A program made the translations under genes and the position numbers. A stretch of 11,808 bases of DNA from Candidatus Methylomirabilota bacterium (lineage in GTDB: Bacteria; Methylomirabilota; Methylomirabilia; Rokubacteriales; CSP1-6). The notes below the pieces were generated by a model. That model was not told the origin of the DNA. It made no database searches and saw only the letters and a program-made list of their open reading frames with translations. Below are positions 7,187-11,808 of the stretch, piece by piece (within the stretch, counting starts at the first letter, position 1; every line of letters begins with the position of its first letter). Location: contig JBKPAK010000165.1 in assembly GCA_046726415.1 (NCBI GenBank), positions 1 through 11,808 on the forward strand. The letters are read 5' to 3'.

Positions 7187-7449
7187 CCGTCGGCATTGGC
7201 GCGCGGCGGATCCGCGCACGCAGACCCCCGCCATACCTGGCCGACCGACCACCCTCAAAAGGGGGCCCCATCCGACGCGGTGCGGCGCTGACGTAAGCCG
7301 ATCAAACGCGTACATCTGAGCCGCGACGAGTCCGAGACCGCCGACCGCCGCTCAGGCCCGTTTCCTCCCAACTTCTGCGCTGGATTAGCAACCAGCGGGC
7401 GACGCTAACCGACTTGATTGCACGGTGGCCTGACAACGCGCCAGCCGGC

Positions 7450-8499
7450 CTATGAGCTGGACGAGTCGAGGCCGTAACGCTTGATCTTCTCCAGCAGCGT
7501 CTTGTAGCTGATGCGGAGACGGTGGGCAGCCTCGGTGCGGCGCCAGTGCACCTGGGCGAGGGTCCGCTTCAGCGCCTCGCGCTCCACGATCTCGACGGCC
7601 AGCCGGGTCATCTCCTTCAATCCCGGGGACTCGTCGGCCAGCAGGGCCTCGGCATCGGGCAGCACCGCCGGCCCGTTCCTGGGCGCCGCGGGAGGCGGCT
7701 CGGGATCGTCGAGCTCGGCCACGACCGACTCGGTGCCGAGCACGACGATGCGCTGGATGACGTTCTGCAGCTCACGGACGTTGCCAGGCCAGGGGTAGCG
7801 CTGCAGCCGTTCGAGCATTGCCGGAGAAACCTGCCACGGTCCGCCGCCATGCTGTACTCGGTACAGGGTCAGGAAGTGCTGGACAAGGATCGCGATCTCC
7901 TCCGGGCGCTCCCGCAGGGGCGGAACTCGAAGGTGCACCACGTTCAGCCGATGGAAGACGTCCTCCCGGAAGCCACCCTCGACGACGTACCGGGCGAGAT
8001 CCCGATTCGTCGCCGCGATGACGCGGACGTCGACGCGGATGTCATGCTCGCTGCCCAGGCGGGAGAACTCGTGGTCCTGGAGCACCTGCAGCAGCTTCGC
8101 CTGCACGGAGAGCGGCATTTCGCTGATCTCGTCCAGGGAAATCGTGCCTCGATGCGCCTGCTCGAACTTGCCGCGCTTGGGATGATCGGCGCCGGTGAAC
8201 GCGCCGCGTTCGTAGCCGAAAAGCTCGCTCTCGAGAAGCGTGAAGGGGAGCGCCGCGCAGTTGACCTTCACGAACGGCCCGTCGTGTCGGCGAGAGCGGT
8301 GGTGGAGCGTCCGCGCGACGAGCTCCTTGCCCACGCCGCTCTCGCCCGAGATGAGCACAGTGACGTCGGTCGGCGCGACGCGCGTCACCGCCGCATCGAT
8401 GAGGCGCATGCTGGCGCTGTTCACGAGCGCCTCGTAGCCATTCGGTGCGTCCTCGCCCGAGGAGCCCATTTCCTTCCCGTTTCCCAAATTCTCGGACAC
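7450..8499 (-). CDS. Sigma-54-dependent transcriptional activator (bEBP: AAA+ and Fis-type HTH, no N-terminal sensor domain), 349 aa
   Basis: Walker A GESGVGKE, PFVKVNCAAL, ESELFGYERGAFTGA (GAFTGA at 8188-8205), Walker B-like ISLDEI, QAKLLQVLQ, RVIAATNRDL, WPGNVRELQN, C-terminal HWRRTEAAHRLRISYKTLLEKIKRYGL. The exact start is uncertain. Confidence 0.92.
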   Translation of the reverse strand: MSENLGNGKEMGSSGEDAPNGYEALVNSASMRLIDAAVTRVAPTDVTVLISGESGVGKELVARTLHHRSRRHDGPFVKVNCAALPFTLLESELFGYERGAFTGADHPKRGKFEQAHRGTISLDEISEMPLSVQAKLLQVLQDHEFSRLGSEHDIRVDVRVIAATNRDLARYVVEGGFREDVFHRLNVVHLRVPPLRERPEEIAILVQHFLTLYRVQHGGGPWQVSPAMLERLQRYPWPGNVRELQNVIQRIVVLGTESVVAELDDPEPPPAAPRNGPAVLPDAEALLADESPGLKEMTRLAVEIVEREALKRTLAQVHWRRTEAAHRLRISYKTLLEKIKRYGLDSSSS

Positions 8500-8771
8500 C
8501 GCCGCGCTGATCCGGAAACATAAAACCCCAAAATGCTAAGGAAAAGGTTTACCCAGGGAGGCAGCGTCTTGCGCGAAGGCCACCGTCAGCGCCGGCCACG
8601 AAGACGGCAAGCTAAGCCTTGGGAGGCCGGCCTTAGCGCCTCCGCTGGACGTCAGCCTACTGTTCTCGGAAGAGGGGAACGGTTGCCCGCCGTCGCCGGC
8701 GTCTAGATTTCGTGACTCATGTTCGTTCACGCCTCGGAGCCAAGGTTCGGGACTTGTGCCTGCTCGAGCGC

Positions 8772-8821
8772 GACTTGGGCGCCAGCAGGGCCCTGAGCTT
8801 CGGTGTGAGGTAGACCACGCG
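8772..8821 (-). pseudogene. Possible tiny tyrosine-integrase remnant
   Basis: Reads RVVYLTPKLRALLA, then (A)QV after a 1-nt shift. This resembles the ...GRVVYLTPELKALLAAQV... segment following the catalytic Lys in some phage-type integrases. Very short and recognised from memory only. Confidence 0.25.
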
Positions 8822-9020
8822 ACGTCGTGATCGAATCGGGGTAGCGTGCTCCGCTCTGAGGATGCCGATCCTCGCTAACGGCTGCTCAAAGCTATGCGCA
8901 AGCGGCAATCCGGCAAGTGTCCGCTCCCGAGCTCGGAAGACGCACATTGGACGGCTAGAGGTGGGCAGCATGCGAGGTTGCGACGACGACCATGCGCGGC
9001 GAAATAGCCACCACCGCTCG

Positions 9021-9390
9021 TCAGGCACCCGTGTTCCCCGCATGTTCTACGGCGTCCGCGACGAGTTGGGCCATCGTCGCAAGCTGAACGGTTTTTTGAA
9101 TACCCCGAAGAATCCTTCGCTCACGATTAGTGGATTGCCCGAGATCAGAATTACTGGGAGCTGACGCCGGTTCGCCGCAGCGAATCGAGAACATCTCTCC
9201 CCGAGAAGCCGGGCATCTGCATATCGACGATGATGACGTTCGGTTGGAAGATCGGCACCGCCTGGAGCGCTTCGGCGCCCGTCTCGACCGTGCTCACTTC
9301 ATAGCCCTGACCGGCTAGGAAGTCACGCAGCAGCGCAAGAACCCGAGGCTCATCGTCGGCAATCAGCACGCGCCTGGAGGCCGGATTCAT
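9021..9390 (-). pseudogene. Single-domain response regulator (receiver) with two frameshifts
   Basis: From ATG 9390: MNPASRRVLIADDEPRV...VIIVDMQMPGFSG. After a shift near 9157-9160 it continues PVILISG...VFKKPFSL, and after a second shift near 9072-9078 MAQLVADAVEHAGNTGA* (stop 9021-9023). DD, phospho-Asp, Ser and KP landmarks are all recovered across frames. Confidence 0.8.
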
Positions 9391-9667
9391 AGCCTCAGTC
9401 CGTTCAGGCGCACCGCGATTCCCGTAGCACGACGCCGGTATTCCTGCCGGGCGATCTGACAACGTATGTCCAGTGCGCGGCGAAGCAGCGGGTTCACTCT
9501 AGGCCTTGTCCTCGACGGGGGGCGCGCTGGCTGGGCTGGGTGGGTTCATGGTGGCCGGCTGTCCCGCTGATCTTACCCGCATCGTCGCTGGCCGGCCCTC
9601 CGTGGCCCGGCCCACGGTCATCACGGTGGTTGTTGAACCTTACTTCGTATGCGTCGAGAATCTGGCC

Positions 9668-11808
9668 ATGACGGCTGAGTCCCTGCGGAGCTGGCACCGA
9701 CGGCTCCGGCGGCTGGTCACTACGGTCCCGTTCCTCGTCACCCTCGGCGTGGTCGGGGTCCTCGTTGCGGCCTACACGCTCGCCGGCTTTCTGCTCGTGC
9801 CCCGGCTGATCGCGACCTACGTGCCCCGGTACGTGCAGGAGCAGCTCAAGCGGCGGGCGGAGATCGGGGAGGTCCGGCTGAACCCGCTCCTGTTCAAGCT
9901 GGAGATCAAGCACTTCCGACTCCAGGAGGCCGACGGGCGGCCGCTGCTCGGCTTCGACCGGCTCTTCGTCGACTTCGAGCTGTCGAGCCTGTTCCGGAGG
10001 GCGTGGACCTTCGCCGAGATCCGGCTCGAGGCGCCTCGCCTGGACGTGGTGCTGGCCCGGGATGGCCGGCTGAACGTGGCGGACCTGCTCGACGCGCTGC
10101 CGCAGGGCGAGCCGGCCGCGCAGCCGACACCGACGACCCCGTCCCGGATGCTGCTGCAGCATGCGCTCGTGAGCGGGGGTGCGCTGTCCTTCACGGACCT
10201 CTCGGGCCGAGCGCCGCAGAAGGCGACCGTGGAACCGATCAACGTCGAGCTCCGTGACGTCACGACCCTGCCCGGGCGCCGCGGTCCCTACGCCATCTCC
10301 GCGACCCTGACCGGTGGCGGTGTCGTGGCCTGGGAGGGCGAGGTGTCCCTCGTTCCGCTCGGCTCCACCGGCCACCTCGCCCTGCGCGGCTTTCCGCTGG
10401 CCACCGCCTGGCGCTTTGTCCAGGATGACGTCGCCCTCGCCGAGCCGGCCGGTCGGCTGGACGCGGAAGTGCGCTATCAGCTCGCCCATCGGGACGGGGC
10501 GACGTCGCTGAAGGTGGACGGCATCGATGTCACGGTGGCGGGCCTCGCCCTCAGCGAGCGCACGGCGAAGACGCCGCTGCTCGCGCTGGAGACGATCCGC
10601 CTGGCCGGCGGGCGTGGCGACCTCACCGCGCGCGAGCTGACGGTGCCGGAGATCTCGGTGAGCCGCGGCCGCCTCGCGGCGACCATGGCGCGAGACGGCA
10701 CCGTGAACTGGCAGAGACTGATAGCGACACCGGCCGCCGCTCCGACCGCTGGCGCGATCCCGGCGTCGCCGGCTCAGCCGGCGGCCACACCGGCTGCCAG
10801 CCCCTGGCGGCTGGCGCTCGACAAGGTGCGGGTCGAGGAAGTCGCGCTGGCCTTCGTCGACCAGAGCCGCACGGCTCCGCTCGAGGTCAGCGTCGGCGAT
10901 CTTACCGTCGATCTCGCCGCGAGGCTCGAGCATGGGCCTGCGGGCCTGACCGGCGCGGCGGAGAACCTGGGTGTGAAGCTCGCCCGAGTGGCAGTAGGCG
11001 AGGCCAGCGGGGCGAAGGCGCGCCTGCTCTCATTGGATCAGGTCTCGGTTGACGGCGGTCGTGTCGATCTGGGAGCACAGCACGTCGCGGTCTCCCGAAT
11101 TGCGGTGACGGGCGGGGCGACGACGGTGGTCCGTGCCGCGGACGGCTCGATTCCGCTCGTGACGATGCTAGGCTCCGCGGATCAGGGCAAGCCCGCGCGC
11201 CCGTCGGCCGCCCGGCCCGCTCGCGCCCCCGCCGCGCCGGCGGCCAAGCCCTGGACCGTCGCGCTGGAGAGGTTCGACCTCGCCGATCACCGCCTCGCCA
11301 TCGCCGACCGGAGCGTCACCCCCGCCGTTCAACTCGACCTCAGCGGGATCAAGGTGAGCGCCCGGGAGCTGCGCAGCGACGGCAAGAAGCCCGTCCCATT
11401 CGACGCGAGCTTCCGTGTCACCCAGGGAGGCCGCTTCACGGCGAAGGGGCGGGTGGCACCGGACGGCACCGCGGCGGATGCGACGCTGACCGTCGCCCAG
11501 CTCGCCCTCACCCCGACCCAGCCATACGTTGCGAAGAACGCCGATGTTCTGCTCCGCTCGGGCGAGGTGTCCACCGCCGGCCGGCTGACCTACCGCGCCG
11601 GCCGCGACCGCGCCACGGTCACGTTCACCGGCTCGGCCGACGTCGATGGTGTGAACGTGGTCGAGTCGGCCGGCGGAGAGCCCGTGGTGTCCTGGAAGAC
11701 GCTGCACGTCGACAACCTCCGGTTCGGGCTGGCCCCCGATCGGCTGGAGATCGCCGAGGTGAGGCTGACCGGGCTGGATGGAAAGCTGGTGATCTTTCAG
11801 GACAAGAG
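9668..11808 (+). CDS. DUF748 / AsmA-like domain protein with N-terminal membrane anchor, 3'-partial
   Basis: ATG 9668: MTAESLRSWHRRLRRLV, TM helix PFLVTLGVVGVLVAAYTLAGFLLVP, then EIGEVRLNPLLFKLEIKHFRL...LLGFDRLFVDFELSSLFRRAWTFAEIRLEAP...DGRLNVADLL. The same frame is in use at the window end (RLTGLDGKLVIFQDK). Pro/Ala-rich linkers ending PW separate repeated beta-rich units. Absent from the ORF track because there is no stop in the window. Confidence 0.85.
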   Translation, partial: MTAESLRSWHRRLRRLVTTVPFLVTLGVVGVLVAAYTLAGFLLVPRLIATYVPRYVQEQLKRRAEIGEVRLNPLLFKLEIKHFRLQEADGRPLLGFDRLFVDFELSSLFRRAWTFAEIRLEAPRLDVVLARDGRLNVADLLDALPQGEPAAQPTPTTPSRMLLQHALVSGGALSFTDLSGRAPQKATVEPINVELRDVTTLPGRRGPYAISATLTGGGVVAWEGEVSLVPLGSTGHLALRGFPLATAWRFVQDDVALAEPAGRLDAEVRYQLAHRDGATSLKVDGIDVTVAGLALSERTAKTPLLALETIRLAGGRGDLTARELTVPEISVSRGRLAATMARDGTVNWQRLIATPAAAPTAGAIPASPAQPAATPAASPWRLALDKVRVEEVALAFVDQSRTAPLEVSVGDLTVDLAARLEHGPAGLTGAAENLGVKLARVAVGEASGAKARLLSLDQVSVDGGRVDLGAQHVAVSRIAVTGGATTVVRAADGSIPLVTMLGSADQGKPARPSAARPARAPAAPAAKPWTVALERFDLADHRLAIADRSVTPAVQLDLSGIKVSARELRSDGKKPVPFDASFRVTQGGRFTAKGRVAPDGTAADATLTVAQLALTPTQPYVAKNADVLLRSGEVSTAGRLTYRAGRDRATVTFTGSADVDGVNVVESAGGEPVVSWKTLHVDNLRFGLAPDRLEIAEVRLTGLDGKLVIFQDK

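Noticed and set aside
7522-8523. 333-aa + strand ORF
   Set aside because: Antisense shadow of the sigma-54 activator.
8536-8637. GCTAAG...CTTAGC inverted repeat (8611-8637) and another GCTAAG at 8536 as activator-binding sites
   Set aside because: Only 6-bp arms and no associated -24/-12 promoter found; not distinguishable from chance.
9494-11707. Minus-strand ORFs 9494..10933 and 11168..11707
   Set aside because: Antisense shadows of the DUF748 gene on the + strand.
1-11808. CRISPR array, tRNA (including tRNA-Sec), rRNA or intact IS element
   Set aside because: No regularly spaced repeats, cloverleaf, rRNA-like sequence, transposase ORF or terminal inverted repeats were seen by eye.

Overview
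GC-rich bacterial window in three blocks. (1) 1-6263, + strand: the 3' part of a multi-domain Rid/YjgF protein, then an apparent operon. It encodes a selenoprotein GrdB-like reductase subunit (the ORF track splits it at an in-frame UGA, 2228-2230, which is followed by a SECIS-like hairpin), a GrdE-like proprotein overlapping it by ATGA, and an N,N-dimethylglycine oxidase-like flavoprotein (DAO + GcvT domains). Both reductase subunits have non-canonical catalytic motifs (UxxGxxC instead of UxxCxxC; Ser at the pyruvoyl-precursor Cys position). No grdA/grdC/grdD/thioredoxin genes are in the window, so this may be an undescribed selenium-dependent N-methyl-amino-acid processing module. (2) ~6330-9600: a lower-GC, decaying accessory region with a truncated SDR 3' remnant, a frameshifted Trp-rich beta-propeller/lectin-like gene, a sigma-54 activator lacking a sensor domain, a possible tiny integrase remnant and a doubly frameshifted receiver-domain gene. 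(3) 9668-end: a DUF748/AsmA-like membrane-anchored protein running off the window, missed by the ORF track. Family assignments rest on motif recognition from memory; no searches were run.
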